Made by a program: the position numbers and the translations under genes. A stretch of 62,939 nt of DNA, filler included, from Reticulomyxa filosa (lineage: Eukaryota > Protista > Foraminifera), in the NCBI GenBank assembly GCA_000512085.1. It is 16 parts of 16 records of this genome, joined end to end, with 100 filler letters (N's around TTAATTAATTAA, not from the genome) between each part and the next. Parts side by side here need not be neighbours in the genome. Positions count along the whole stretch, not along the records: positions 34,079 to 39,764 come from ASPP01023668.1; positions 39,865 to 41,139 come from ASPP01024192.1; positions 41,240 to 47,690 come from ASPP01022436.1; positions 47,791 to 49,404 come from ASPP01028386.1; positions 49,505 to 50,588 come from ASPP01013596.1; positions 50,689 to 57,164 come from ASPP01021834.1; 10 more parts are not named here. One strand, written 5' to 3'. Below, piece after piece: positions 38,574 through 51,291 of the stretch; position 1 is the first letter of the stretch, and each line of letters begins with the position of its first letter. The notes under the pieces were generated by a model. The model ran no database searches. It saw only the letters and a program-made list of their open reading frames with translations, and was not told the DNA's origin.

Positions 38574-39864
38574 TTTTCTACACTTTCATATCTTTTTTCC
38601 CCTTTGTTTTTTCTGCTCCAAACTAAAAGGGACATTAGTTTCTTTTGTGTTTTTTTCTCTCAACAAAAATAACATAATGCTGACACATCAAACTCTCAAT
38701 TAAGTTTTGCAAATATAACAGCAATTTTACTGAAAATTGTGTGAGATTGTAAATGCGTGTATATCAGTCACAAGAGTGTTCTGAACACTACTGTTAATGC
38801 TTGGATGGCACATTTTTTGAGAGGAAGTAATTAAAGTAGAACATTTCATTAGTTTTAAACCACAAAACAAATTACAAATACCGTGCTCTTCAAAGCAATG
38901 CCTTAATGATCAACCTAATCTTTTTGTTGCTCTCGTTTGGAAACTCCGTACTCTATAGGGATGCTTTTGAAAGGCCCACGGTAAAAGAAATAGGTGCAAG
39001 TTAACAAAATAATTTTTGACTTGTGAAAAGATTTGCTCATGATTAAAACAAGGAACCTTATTTTGGAAGACGACATATCAAAAAGCAATGCTTTTAATGA
39101 TATCTCATAACTAGTGATTAAAAATGTGTTGGCCTTAATAAAAGTCAAAAATTAAAGATTAAACACTGAATCCATCTTTACAAAATGGATGATAAAGATA
39201 TGACTAAAAGAATGACTAATAGGATAGACAATAAAAGTGAAAAATTACAGTTGGATTTCACACGACCGAGAAAAGTTCAATTTGAATAAAGTTGCAAATG
39301 TTCGCAAATTGCAGATTGCACGTTCAAATATTATGATATACGTCTATTAAATGCAATCGGAATAATGTACGATTAGCACATATTATTAAAATAAACGATG
39401 GTGGTTGAGAAGAAGTACAATAACCAATAGTAAGTTGACTTTACTAATATTTAAATTTTAACATTTGGATCCCAATTAATTAATATATTACATCAGTACA
39501 TGTCTATGGAAGAAAATAAATTATATACATAAATACAAAATAATATGAATAACAAATATTGCTCCTTCAGACTGTGGAAGAAGAAAGCATTGGAAATCCC
39601 TCTTTTGTCAAAAAAGTAAAATACAAGTACTTTATTTTTTTAACTAATCGGGGTCCCTTGCGCGATCATCGAGAAGTCCATTGTTTATTATTTTAAAAAA
39701 AGAACAAACAACAAACATCCAAAAAGCGGTGATATTGAATGACAAGATTGTTGTCACCCAAATGNNNNNNNNNNNNNNNNNNNNNNNNNNNNNNNNNNNN
39801 NNNNNNNNTTAATTAATTAANNNNNNNNNNNNNNNNNNNNNNNNNNNNNNNNNNNNNNNNNNNN

Positions 39865-41139
39865 AATAATACTATGAACAATGACAATAATAGTAATAAC
39901 GATAATTGCAACTATCGAGACGACTCATTTGCCAAAAAAACAGTAATGAAAGACGGCCTGAAAGAGCTGTCGAACAAAGATGGTAATGAGTACATTGAGT
40001 ACGTTCCACCGACAAATGAAATAGAGGACGTTGGCATTGTAAAAAAGTTTTGATTGAAACATGAAACGTCTTTTGCCATAAAAAAAAAATTATTTTTATT
40101 TGAGTCATTTTTCCTCTTCTTTTTTTTTTTTTTTTTTTCCCCTTCAAAAAAACAGAGTGCATATATTTGTTTATCTGTCCGTTTGGATACGAGAGTTGTC
40201 AAGAAACATAAGATCTTCGCTGTTGTGTCCAAACTTTACAGTGGAGATGTCCTGGAATTGTCCGGCACAAAGCGACGCAAATTGATGTCTGGCGACGACT
40301 CCAATCTCAATTCTAATTTTAATTCTAATTCTAATTCTAACTCGAATTCCAATGTTAATGCCAATGCCAATGCCAATGCCAATGTCAATGTTAATGTCAA
40401 TGTCAATCTGAATGACATGTCAGCAGACAAGCAAGTAATACCAATGCTATCCCCACATTCATCACAGGAGGACATGTCTCTATCTACTTACGAAAGCGGC
40501 AATGGTCTGAAGAACATCGAAGTCCTTTCGAAATCCAAGCCGCGGACAACCCGAACCAACTTAGCGTACAAATCCGTGTCTAATGCTTCGTATGGCACAC
40601 TCCACGGCGCCTCGACGCACTCGCTCCTTCCCAACGACCCATGGTCATTGTCACAACCGCCCACGGCTGCTTCGATGGCATTGCCCAATACACCTGCTCC
40701 CAACTTGCTCGCCGCGCCCGCGACGCCGCAAAGCATGTACTCCGGTCGCACGGACACAACAGACCCTATTCCATGCACGTATCCCCACACACGCGTGGAC
40801 ACCTGCATGGAAGCATAGCTACGTACCCAGTCGCATCTCATTGTCCCATGGGCGTCACCACACAAGGCTACAGTTTGCCGTCGTCCGGAATACCCTTCAC
40901 TCTGACACCACGCTTGATCCACACGACCTCCACCTCGTCTAATACTTCCACCACTGCCACACCCGCGTCTGTATCTTCTTCCTCCACATCCGCAACAGCA
41001 TCAGCACTAACGCCAACACCAACATCGATGTCCATGCTACCACTGGCAACTGCAATTCCAACTGCTACTACAACATTGTCATCAACAACAACAACTACTA
41101 CTAATACTAATACTAATACTAATACTAATACTAATACTA
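39865..41139 (+). CDS. Fragment of an uncharacterised low-complexity (N/S/T/P-rich) protein, partial at both ends
   Basis: Coding-like exon ~39865-40038, an intron, then ORFs 40054-40818 and 40641 onward that overlap through an apparent frameshift near 40745. Confidence 0.5.
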
Positions 41140-41239
41140 NNNNNNNNNNNNNNNNNNNNNNNNNNNNNNNNNNNNNNNNNNNNTTAATTAATTAANNNNN
41201 NNNNNNNNNNNNNNNNNNNNNNNNNNNNNNNNNNNNNNN

Positions 41240-43040
41240 TCCTTTTCCTTTTTCTTTTTCGTTCAATCCTTTATTTTCGCTCTCAGTCTTTGATTTCTCT
41301 TGTCCAACTTGTTTTCCACCTTTTTGACTTTCCAGACCACTGCTGCCGCTTTCGCTCTTCAGCTGCTGCTGTTGATGTTGCTGTTGTTGTTGTTGTTGAT
41401 GTTCACATCCTTTACCTTCTTTCTCTTTGTGCTTACTCGTGATATCTTCACTTCTACTTTCATGCTTTTCTTTCAACTTTCCTTTGTTCTCGCTTTCTTC
41501 CTCTTTGCGACTGCTGCTGGTCTTCTCTTTTTGCTGCTGCTCTTCTTTCAGGCAGGTCGTCTCCTTGCCCTCTTCCTTGCGGCTGCTTTTTTCGTCGTCT
41601 TTCTTGCCTCCAATCGCCTCCGATTTTGCCACGCTCTCTTGCTTCGAGTCGTAGCTGCCCGACACGTACGAATTCAACAATGTTTTAATTGCAAGCCAGT
41701 CCTCGTTTTCTGGCATCTTTACCTTGTCTTTTTTAAATCCCAAAAAAAAAAAAAAAACAAAAAACAAAATCAAACCAATTGATGAATGGTGATGTTTTTG
41801 AGAAAGAGAAGAGAAAAAGGGGGGGGAGGAGGAAGAGGAAAAAAAAGCAACGACAAAAAAATCGAAAACACCCCTCCCTTCGTTTCAACCCCCCTGTTGC
41901 TACCCTCCCTTTTTTTTTTTTCTCTTGCAAAAATGCACCCCCACATTAATTAACAAAAAAAAAAAAAAAAAACGTAAAAAACGCACTTTCTAGAATTTCT
42001 TTTGCAGACACTTTTTGTCCATAAAAGGCACTGTTGCACTCTTCTCTGACCACCAGAAGATCTCCTTTAACGGAAACGCCAATGAACGCGCCTTTGGCTA
42101 CAGCATAAGATAAGATAGGCGCCATTTTAGCCTGAGCGTTGGCGGCAATGGAAGCATGAGCGTTTCTGCCAAAAGGACCTGCGGATACATTGACGTCACC
42201 TCCCAGTTTCAGCTGTCCACGGCTCATAAATGTTTCGACCGACTCATGGTCAAACAATACCATCAAGTAGTCCACTTTGGATACACCAATCTTTTTTTTT
42301 TAAGTGATTTATTTTCAAAAAATAAAAAAAACAAATTGTATTCCAACAAAACCAAAAACAAAAAAATTCGTTCACACTCAACTTCGAGACCCCAACTGAC
42401 ACCAGCAGCTCCTATTTTGTTGATTGACACAAACACGTCACGTTGTTGTCCATTTCATTAATGTAACAGAAAAGAAAGAACCCCCCTGTTTCACAAAAGA
42501 AAGTTCTGTACATGCGTTCTTCATTACAAACTCCTTTCTCTCTTCCCCCCCCCTCTTTTCTTGTTATACGTGTTTTTTAATGAGGCTCAAAAAAAAAAAA
42601 GATTGAGAAACAGTTGTCCATTTTTTTCGTTGTTGGACATTAGAAAACGAAAAAACAAAAGACAGCTTTTTTTTCATACCTATTGCCAACGGTGGAGACC
42701 AACTGCCATCCGATACTCGGGACAGCACTACGCCGGAGCCCATCTCTCCTCCTACTCCTAAACCAGCCTTAAAAATAGTCATAAACACAATGCCTTTCGC
42801 TTTTTCCAATACCGTAATTGGAATCTGCTTCTCTATTCCCACGTCGGGGCCCATGAACGCCTCCAAACTCTCACGAGCTTGCTTTAGTAATTTCTCCATT
42901 TGTAAGCGATCATTTGATTTGTCTTCAAGCTCGTTGTACTGCTTGCTAGCTTTGCTTTCAACGCCCTCATACTGCTCTTTCATTTTTTTTTCGTACTCTT
43001 TGCCACGGTCACCCGAGCTTGTAGTTTCGGTTTGAGACAT
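41240..43040 (-). CDS. SYLF (Ysc84/SH3YL1) domain protein with a charged tail, 3' partial
   Basis: QIPITVLEKAKGIVF...KAGLGVGGEMGSGVVLSR...WSPPLAI; GGDVNVSAGPFGR; SYAVAKGAFIGVSVKG...NSAFYG. Confidence 0.92.
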
Positions 43041-43385
43041 GATAAACGATAATTAAATTAACAACAGTATTAACTTAAGTGACTTTAAATTTTGTTTCAA
43101 CAAAGCACAACAAAACGCAACGATAACAAGTTTTTTTTGTTAACCCCCGTTCAGAGCAGGGGAGGATGAGCACACTTTTTGCATCATGTCATCAATTTTC
43201 TTTTTCTTTATAAAGGCACTGAGAAAAATAGTTTTATTTATAGTGTTTTGGCAATTAAGTGCAATAGAATAAAAAAATTGCAATGTAGTGCTTTTGAACG
43301 CGCCTTGAATCTTTGAAAAAACTCAAAAGGTGGTATATCAGTTATAGTCCATAAACTTTCTATTTTCGTGTAAAAGAACTGTAAA

Positions 43386-44235
43386 ATGTCTGATATTACT
43401 TGGAAGCCTTCGTCATTTGACACGTTTCGCCTACGTATGCAGGCTTTTTTGTTCCGCTTTGGACTGTGTACAAAGACAAAAGACAGTATAAGAGGGGCCC
43501 ACGAAGCAGATATTCTTCGAGTTCTCAGAAATTGGATGAAATACAAACAATACCATATGTCTGAGCCCGAGCATGCAGTGTATAAAAAAGCACTTTATTA
43601 CAAAACAGGAGGAACAATAGCTGGGGCATTAGTTCCGTGGGCTCTCGCCGCGACTTGTTAAGTTTTTTTCTTTCTTGAAACCAAGAGTCTTTTTTTCGAT
43701 GAAGAAAGAGAAACCGAAATTTCTTACTTTTCTTGTCCCAAAAGAGCTTTTTTTGTTACTCTTCTGAATAAAAACACTCCATTTTGCCACGGTTTCAATT
43801 TGAGCAGCTGTTTTTCGTGTATCTTTGACAAGTACCCCGACAAGAAGAGTATTAACCGGGCTTTTGAGTGGAGTACTCGGTTGGACATCCTATTGGGCCT
43901 TGTGTTCAATCCATTTGAAACAATTGCTTGGTTTAAACGACTCGCCATTGGCGTACGTGGCTTTTCATGTGTTGAGTCTTGATATGATTCATTATGTTTA
44001 TTTATTTTCTTGTGAAAATGAAATACAAACAATAAATTGAAAATAAAGAATGTGCCATCCAGAGTACACTCGATTGCGAGGATCATGGCAGACTCGATAC
44101 AATTTAAGTGGAATTGCATATAGATATTCTGATTTTAATTTGGACACCGTCATTCGCGAGAGAATCACACATGTCAATACAACTCCCAATCTATATATCG
44201 CTCAAAGTAATATCCACACATCGGCACCACAGTGA
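43386..44235 (+). CDS. Small two-TM membrane protein of unknown function, 3 exons
   Basis: Exons ~43386-43656, ~43808-43970 and ~44049-44235 appear to join, with two short hydrophobic Gly-rich helices. Confidence 0.6.
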
Positions 44236-44792
44236 ATTATATAACAAAATGATTAGTTTAAAAATAAAAATGTTGCAATAAATGATGATAATAATAACAA
44301 TTTTTAATATGCATTTGCTATCTTCAGATCTCATAGAAGCGAAGAAGAAAATTAACCAAAACTAACCATGCTTTTCCTTTAACCACGTCAAAAAAAATAA
44401 AAAGTCAAAAGTTAAACATTTTAATATAACTCTTTGCTCTGCAATGCTTGAAAGAGTATTTTCAAATCCGTTTATATTTATATGCTCGTTCCATTAACAT
44501 TTTTTCTTTTTTTGCATTGCAAACATTCGCTGGTCAGTTCATCTCTTGGTCCCCGTTTTTGGTGAAATAACAAAGTTTTGCTATCTTTGTTAAGCGAGCT
44601 GAAAAACAGATAAAACTGAACCAATATCTTTTGGAAACACTTAACTTCAATATGAATTTTACCTAATCCATAATGGTGATTAGACCAAAATTATAAATGA
44701 AGAAAAAGATTATTTTAACATAAAAAAATGATTGATAAAGAAATTTGATATAGTCCCATAGTTTGATATATATTAAATAATAAAAATAACTC

Positions 44793-44957
44793 GGTCTAGC
44801 TTGAGGAAGCTAAGAGAAACTAATGGAAAGATCAATAGATTAATACTGATGTGTGTGTGATCCGGAGCACATGTGCAACAATGTTAATTTAAGTGATCTT
44901 AGTTATTATGTGACCTTAGTAGCGATTTAGTAGTAGGTTCGACTCCTACCTGGACCA
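44793..44957 (+). ncRNA. tRNA-like RNA: acceptor stem and T-arm with a long hairpin in place of the D and anticodon arms
   Basis: GGTCTAG (44793-99) pairs with CTGGACC (44950-56) followed by discriminator A; T-arm GTAGG-TTCGACT-CCTAC (44933-49); T-run from 44963. Confidence 0.7.
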
Positions 44958-44962
44958 TTATA

Positions 44963-44972
44963 TTTTTTTTTT
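44963..44972 (+). terminator. Putative Pol III oligo-dT terminator
   Basis: T10 run 5 nt after the discriminator base. T-runs are common in this genome, so it is weak evidence alone. Confidence 0.45.
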
Positions 44973-46523
44973 ATATATGAAATTTACATTTTATAAATAA
45001 TAATAATAACATGTTATATAAATACATAAATCTATTGAACAATTACATTTACATATAATATACAAATTAAATTGAATAAATCGAAATGACAACAATATTA
45101 AGTTAATATAACTTTGTCATTGTAAATTTAATTCAAGATTTTACTATGAAGAGTAATATACTGAAACATTGTAAGTCCAAAAAGTTAAACAAACGTTATC
45201 AATATTAGTCAGTATATTAATACAATAAAAAACTATATAATATGACTTATTCTTGACTACGCTGATTTATTACTTTAAGATAACTAACAACACATTGATG
45301 ACCATTTCGCGATTGCGAATGAATTATGTAATGAATATAATGTAACTGTAAGGATATGTCCAAAACATCATTTTGAAAAGTTTAAAGATAACTCGATGTT
45401 TATTTATTATTTGAGTAAGCTAGAATCAAGTCAAATTAACAATAATAACAACTTTGATTATTGAAAAAATCTTATTAATACTTGTCCAGACATAATTATC
45501 AAGTTTTTATTCATCTATCTTTGTATAATCTATTAAGACTATGTTTGATATGAAGCTATGTCTATCAATGATGATAATGTTTGCAAAAAGATACAATTCT
45601 GACTTTATAAAGCTATAGTCATAGAATGTATTGTACTATATATCAAAGATGATCAATTATACTCATTGCGATCACATAAAAGTTATTGAACGTAATCTTT
45701 AAAGCTTTGCAATGCATACATAATCTAACGTTTTATACGCGATATTCGTTAATTTTGCTGATGAAAACAAAAAAAAACATTGGATTCTTCTTTGCTAAAA
45801 ATGCCACCATTATTTTGTGTTCAATATAGCAAGTCGTACCAATCATGCTGGAGAAGAAATAATACAAGTTCACAATTAATTTAAAAACAAAACTGTACGT
45901 ATTAACAAATAAAAAAAAAATTTGAGTTATTTTTTAATGGTATATTATCCATATATGTGGATAAAAACAAAGAATAAGTCTGTGATGATGTACACTTGGT
46001 GTTAGTAGCATATTCGTAGAACAAGATACCACACAAACATATTTTTCACACAAAGATCTATTTTATTTAATCAGCACTTCGATTTTCGAGTTCCGCAGCC
46101 TCTGTATGCTATGTTTTTTATTTTTAAAAAGATAGTCACGACTACAATTTGCTTATTAGATATTGTGCTGAACAGTTTATTGAAGAAACAATCGACCGTT
46201 GCGGAAGCTTTGATTGTTGTGAAAAGGTTTGAACTACAAATAATAATGTCCTTTTGCGAATGATTACTTTTAAGTAATTTATTACTGTATTAAACAAAAT
46301 GTTAAGCACATGCTAAGCAATGTCAACATAAACAATGTATTTTGTTCTTTGATGAATACTGTTTTTCAGATTTGTAGACATTAAAAAAATAAAATTAACA
46401 TTTAAAAATTAATTTTTTCTATAGTATTGTAATATATAATGGATAAAATTCTGTCAAAAAGTTAGCAATGCTCATCATCCCATTCCCTAGCAAGTAAATG
46501 AAAAACATAGATAAGCTGAAGTA

Positions 46524-47640
46524 TCAATTATCACTGACTGCGATACTATTTCTAAAAAATTTAATAACAGGTGTATTTGCACTCTTGCAAATTTTTGTCT
46601 CTTGACTCCTTTTGGCCGACGATAATCTGTTTTGAAAGTCTTTATCCTTGACTTGTGTGAATGTAATAAAATATTCTCCTGATTGTTCATGAAATCCAAA
46701 TTTGATTGCAGGTATCCCTGTTCTTTTGTACCAGCATCTGGGTACTCTTCTTTCAATGAGAAGTACAGTCGAAGCCCATTGCATCAGCCATTGCTCAGTT
46801 GCTTTTTCGCGAATTGATTCAGTTGTTTCAGTCTAAGAGTGAATTTCATCAAGCAAACAAAGTGCACTCGTTTTCCGCTTTCCGTTGTACAAAGAACAGG
46901 GTCATCTTCTTTAAAAAAAAAAACTACATACCATCACTGCAATCAGTAAATTCCATAACATGACCACTGACAGCAATGAAAAGGTAATGTAAATGCACTG
47001 AACAAAAGTTCTATCAAAAGTGGATTCGCCAAATTCGCTGAATCCTTGCAGCCCTAAACTGACTTGATAAAGGTTAAACATTTGTGCTATCCACTGTGAC
47101 AATACACTTTGTTTCGAAGAAGCAGCGTGTTGATTTAAATCGTTGCTCCTAATTAATAAAGCGGCACTGAAAGCCATCAATAGCATGATAAAAATGAAAG
47201 TGAATCTACTTACATCGCGCACCAATATTCTGGAAATAGCCAATACTAATCGACCAGTGGATTTTAAAGCTTGTGCAAACATTAAAGTATGTAGCCACTC
47301 CATAATCAACACCAGCACAAACAAAGCTTTTACGGTGTTGACCATACGTACTTTTTCATTCATTTCCTGCACAGCAATGTTTTTTCGTTGCGACAATATG
47401 AGAAAGGCAACGAAGCTGCAAATGTTGCTACTCCAAGAAGCTAACTTAAACAGACCTGTTACGGACAATGTAATTTTTTCATGACCGCGTTCAAAGTAAA
47501 TGTGCCAACCCCGCAAAAATCCGTGTTCGTCATATAGCAAATAAAACTCCCACAACTCAATAAATGTTACGAGTACAACTTTGCACGACATTGCCAACAG
47601 AGGCAATATTATCCAAAATGGGAAGTCATTATTGCTATTT
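46524..47640 (-). CDS. TRP cation channel, TRPV-like (TM region and TRP domain), 5' partial
   Basis: TGRLVLAISRILVRDVSRF...LWNLLIAVM / TETTESIREKATEQWLMQWASTVLLIERR. Confidence 0.85.
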
Positions 47641-47790
47641 TTTTTTATTTTTTTTTTTGGTTTGTTGACTCCAAACTTAATAAAAACAGANNNNNNNNNN
47701 NNNNNNNNNNNNNNNNNNNNNNNNNNNNNNNNNNTTAATTAATTAANNNNNNNNNNNNNNNNNNNNNNNNNNNNNNNNNNNNNNNNNNNN

Positions 47791-48676
47791 TCTTTTTTCA
47801 ATAATTCAAAATCTGCTCGATATTTGAGTGATTCTTGTTGAATATTATTTTTGTAACTTTTTCATTTCCTCTTCCTTTTCATCCCATTGTTGCTTCTGTT
47901 TTAAAAGTGTTTCAATTTGTAAATCTTTATTTGATTTCAACAATTGAGTTTCATTTCCTTGTTCTTTACTTTTCAATTTTAATTGTTTTATTTAAACAAA
48001 CAAACAAATAAAAGGCATTTATAACAATTGGATTAACTTCATTGAACTGACTCTGTTTTATTTTATTTTGAAGAATGTCAATCCAAATGTTTATTCATTT
48101 GTAATTGCAAATGTTGTTCAAAATTAAAATCAAATAAAATATCATCACCATTCAAATTCTTTAAATTTACATTCCAAAGGCTTCAAAGGACATTTATTTT
48201 TTAAATGTTCTTTCATTTCTTCAATCTTTCCTTTGAATTTACAAACATGTTTTGTTTCTGTAATTGTATCACCTTCTTTTGTTCTATCATCTGTCTTTTC
48301 ATTGAAATGATTTATAAATTGTCGGAGACATATCACTTTTAATTCACTAACAATATTCCGCAGTGTTCTTCCTTTTTATGTAAATGCAAGAACCGTGTTT
48401 ATCAATTGGACATTTATTATTATTTTCATTTAAATATTTCATCAGACATTTCTTACCAACTATCGGTGTGTCTTTACGATCTTCGTGTTCATTGCAAGTT
48501 AATTCCATTAAATTATTTGCAATTTGACCACATAGTAAACGTTAATTTAACAAGAACAAGGGGCTGCGTAAAGCTCAAAGTTTTTGGTGAAGAAATGACT
48601 AGTCTTACTAATGAAAATGAAAATCCAACATCACAATTGGTACTTTCTGTTTTAACAGTTAGTTGATCCGATCATT
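47791..48676 (-). pseudogene. RING/TRAF zinc finger family pseudogene
   Basis: LCGQIANNLMELTCNEH...CPIDKHGSC...VICLRQ...CKFKGKIEEMKEHLKNKCPLKPLECKF, followed by frameshifts and stops; paralogous to 25077-26080. Confidence 0.75.
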
Positions 48677-48699
48677 AACTTTACAATTGTTGAAATAAA

Positions 48700-49404
48700 T
48701 AGTCAGAAAAACAAGTCAAACTAATTATTGAACATTGGGTTCGGATTTTGAGTGTGAAGTTAGGATGGATTGACGATTTCAACAAAATTGTCCTCAAATA
48801 TGTTACGTCATTTATGTGCTTATAAAGATTAAATCAAAAATGAAAGATATTTGTTTACACAACAACAACAATATTAACAAATAGAAAATCAAATATTTTC
48901 AATTATTGAAAACTATAAAAGGACATGAAAATGCAATAAGAAGTATAAAATGTTCGGTCGATGGAAAATAAAATGATTACATCATCTAATGATAATACAG
49001 TTAGAATATGGAATGTTACATCTGGAAAACAAATAACAACTTTAAAAGGGCATTACAATATTGTTTATAGAGCAGAGCTGATGTCAAATGAAAATATTGC
49101 TGTTTCGTGTTCATCAGATAAAACAATAAGATTATGGAATGTACATAATAGAAGAAAAGAGATAATGAGATTACATGGACATTTATCTACAATATGGAGT
49201 ATAAATATCTCTCCAAATAATAATACAATTGTCTCATGTTCATCTGATAAAACAATAAGATTATGGAATATACACAATGGAAATGAGATAAAACAATTTA
49301 TAGGTCATTCACATGGCACAATTTTCATCTGATGGTGAAATGATTGTATCATCAGCTATTAATAATAACATTATTATATGGAATGTGAAATCAGGTAAAA
49401 AAAA
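48700..49404 (+). pseudogene. WD40-repeat family gene with frameshifts (~48967, ~49320), partial
   Basis: LIIEHWVRILSVKLGWIDDFNKIVLKY exon, then GH...SCSSDKTIRLWN repeats. Confidence 0.75.
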
Positions 49405-49512
49405 NNNNNNNNNNNNNNNNNNNNNNNNNNNNNNNNNNNNNNNNNNNNTTAATTAATTAANNNNNNNNNNNNNNNNNNNNNNNNNNNNNNNNNNNNNNNN
49501 NNNNAAAGAGGG

Positions 49513-49543
<31 letters not shown>

Positions 49544-49593
49544 GACGACCAATGACAAAGTTATATAAAATTAATCGACCAAGTAAAAAATAC

Positions 49594-50540
49594 CTGAAAT
49601 GTGGATTATATCCTCTCATTTGGAATCGCTTGCTTGGATCAACAAGCTCAAACCGCACAAACCCCGGATCTTCAAATGGGCTTCTGTTTTTAGCTGCTCG
49701 ATCCCCACGACCACGTCCACGTCCACGTCCACGACCGTGGCCATGAAAGAACTCTCTGTCTCTGCCTCTGTCCTTCCTCTTCTCTTTATTTCGTCCTCTC
49801 TCTCTTTCTCGGTCATGTTCATCCCCTCCGCTTCGGATGAGGTCTCTTCCTCTTTCTTCCATGCGCTCTCTGTCACGCTCTCTTTCGCGATCACGATTTT
49901 CCTTTCCTCGGTCTCGATACTTTTCTCTTTCTCTCTCTTTATTTTTATCTCTGTCTATGTCTTTGTCTCTGCCTCTTTCTCTCTCTCTCTCTTTCTCTCT
50001 GTCTCGATCTCTTTCTTTTCCTCTGTCTCTGTCGACATGAAGATCACGATCATCATTTCTATGGTCATAAAAAAGGGGTGATGGTTCATGATGGAAAAAG
50101 GAGGTGTTTGGCGGGTTTCCCAACGACCTTGGATAATCAATCGACGCACCAAACATCCCCATTCCCAATGGCGGTGGTGGTGCAAATACGTCATAACTAC
50201 CGTAAAGGCTTCGATTGCGACCTCTCCCACTACCACCACCACCACCACCACCACCACTACTACTACTACTACTGCTGCCGCCACTTCCGCCACGCCAATA
50301 TCCCCCTCCGCGACTCCGGTCTCTCCCTCTCCAATAACTCTGATGGTAAGGGCCGGGGAATCCACCCCGTTCATGGTCGTCGTGCGACCCATCCCCGTAT
50401 GCTCCCTGTTCAAAATGGAATGGAGGAGGGTAGTTGGTCTCGGCATCCCCACGATGTTCGCGTATGTAATAATAGTCTTCCGCAGTGTTGTGACGATGGT
50501 CGAGGCCATATTCACCGTCTTCTTGTTTTTTAGTTGGCAT
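49594..50540 (-). CDS. RG/Gly-rich and RD/RE-repeat protein exon (probably RNA-processing related), partial
   Basis: Open frame with YWRGG, poly-S/G, an (RD/RE)n tract and GRGRGRG. Confidence 0.65.
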
Positions 50541-50557
50541 GTTGTGTTTATTCCATT

Positions 50558-50588
<31 letters not shown>

Positions 50589-51291
50589 NNNNNNNNNNNN
50601 NNNNNNNNNNNNNNNNNNNNNNNNNNNNNNNNTTAATTAATTAANNNNNNNNNNNNNNNNNNNNNNNNNNNNNNNNNNNNNNNNNNNNGTCCCAGTCTAT
50701 CTCTTCTCCTGCCATTATAAGTAAATGAACTTTTCTAGAGTTAGTTTTAATTTTAGATTAGGTTTTTTTTTTTGTTTTGAAAGACACCTTTTTTCTTTGA
50801 AACAAAGACAGTGTTCCCAGGTCCGGTTCTACACTTGTATCATTCATATACGTTGACAAAGGAGTGTAATACCCTAGAAAGATTTCATAAAGATTTTTAG
50901 AGTCCAAGAATGATGCAAAACATATTAATTGTTTGGAGATCTGCTCGCAATAATAAACTGCAAACGCAAACTTAAACTTCTACACAAAATGTATTCCAGA
51001 GCGAAGGAAAGCTCAAAGAAGGAGTCCACTTTCACAAAGCGAAGGCACAAATGTAGTTCATTATATCCCGTCTGAGGATATGTTGAACTAGTAAATGGAG
51101 CAAAGTTTTTTTTTTTTAAAGACCCAAACATTTACCACCGTGTTCTTTTAAAAAAAAATTGTGTAGAGATGGCAAAGAAAAAGAAAAAGAGAAAAGGCTG
51201 GAGGCAGCAAATAGAAAATGTCCAATATTGGTTTTTAATAAAAAGGATCAAAGTATAAAAGTAAAAAAAAAAAAAAAAAAAAAATTTTTTT

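Noticed and set aside
44530-44610. Small stems (CAGTTC/GAGCTG, TAACAAAG/CTTTGTTA) as a possible SECIS element downstream of the TGA at 44233
   Set aside because: No ATGA/GA quartet is present, and read-through would add only two codons before TAA.
44793-44957. Selenocysteine tRNA or alanine-charged tmRNA
   Set aside because: There is no TCA anticodon arm and the fold is 7/5 rather than 9/4. There is no G3-U70 pair and no tag reading frame.
49599-50636. Many overlapping antisense ORFs here and over other repeat-rich exons
   Set aside because: They are shadows of microsatellite-rich coding sequence that lacks stop codons.
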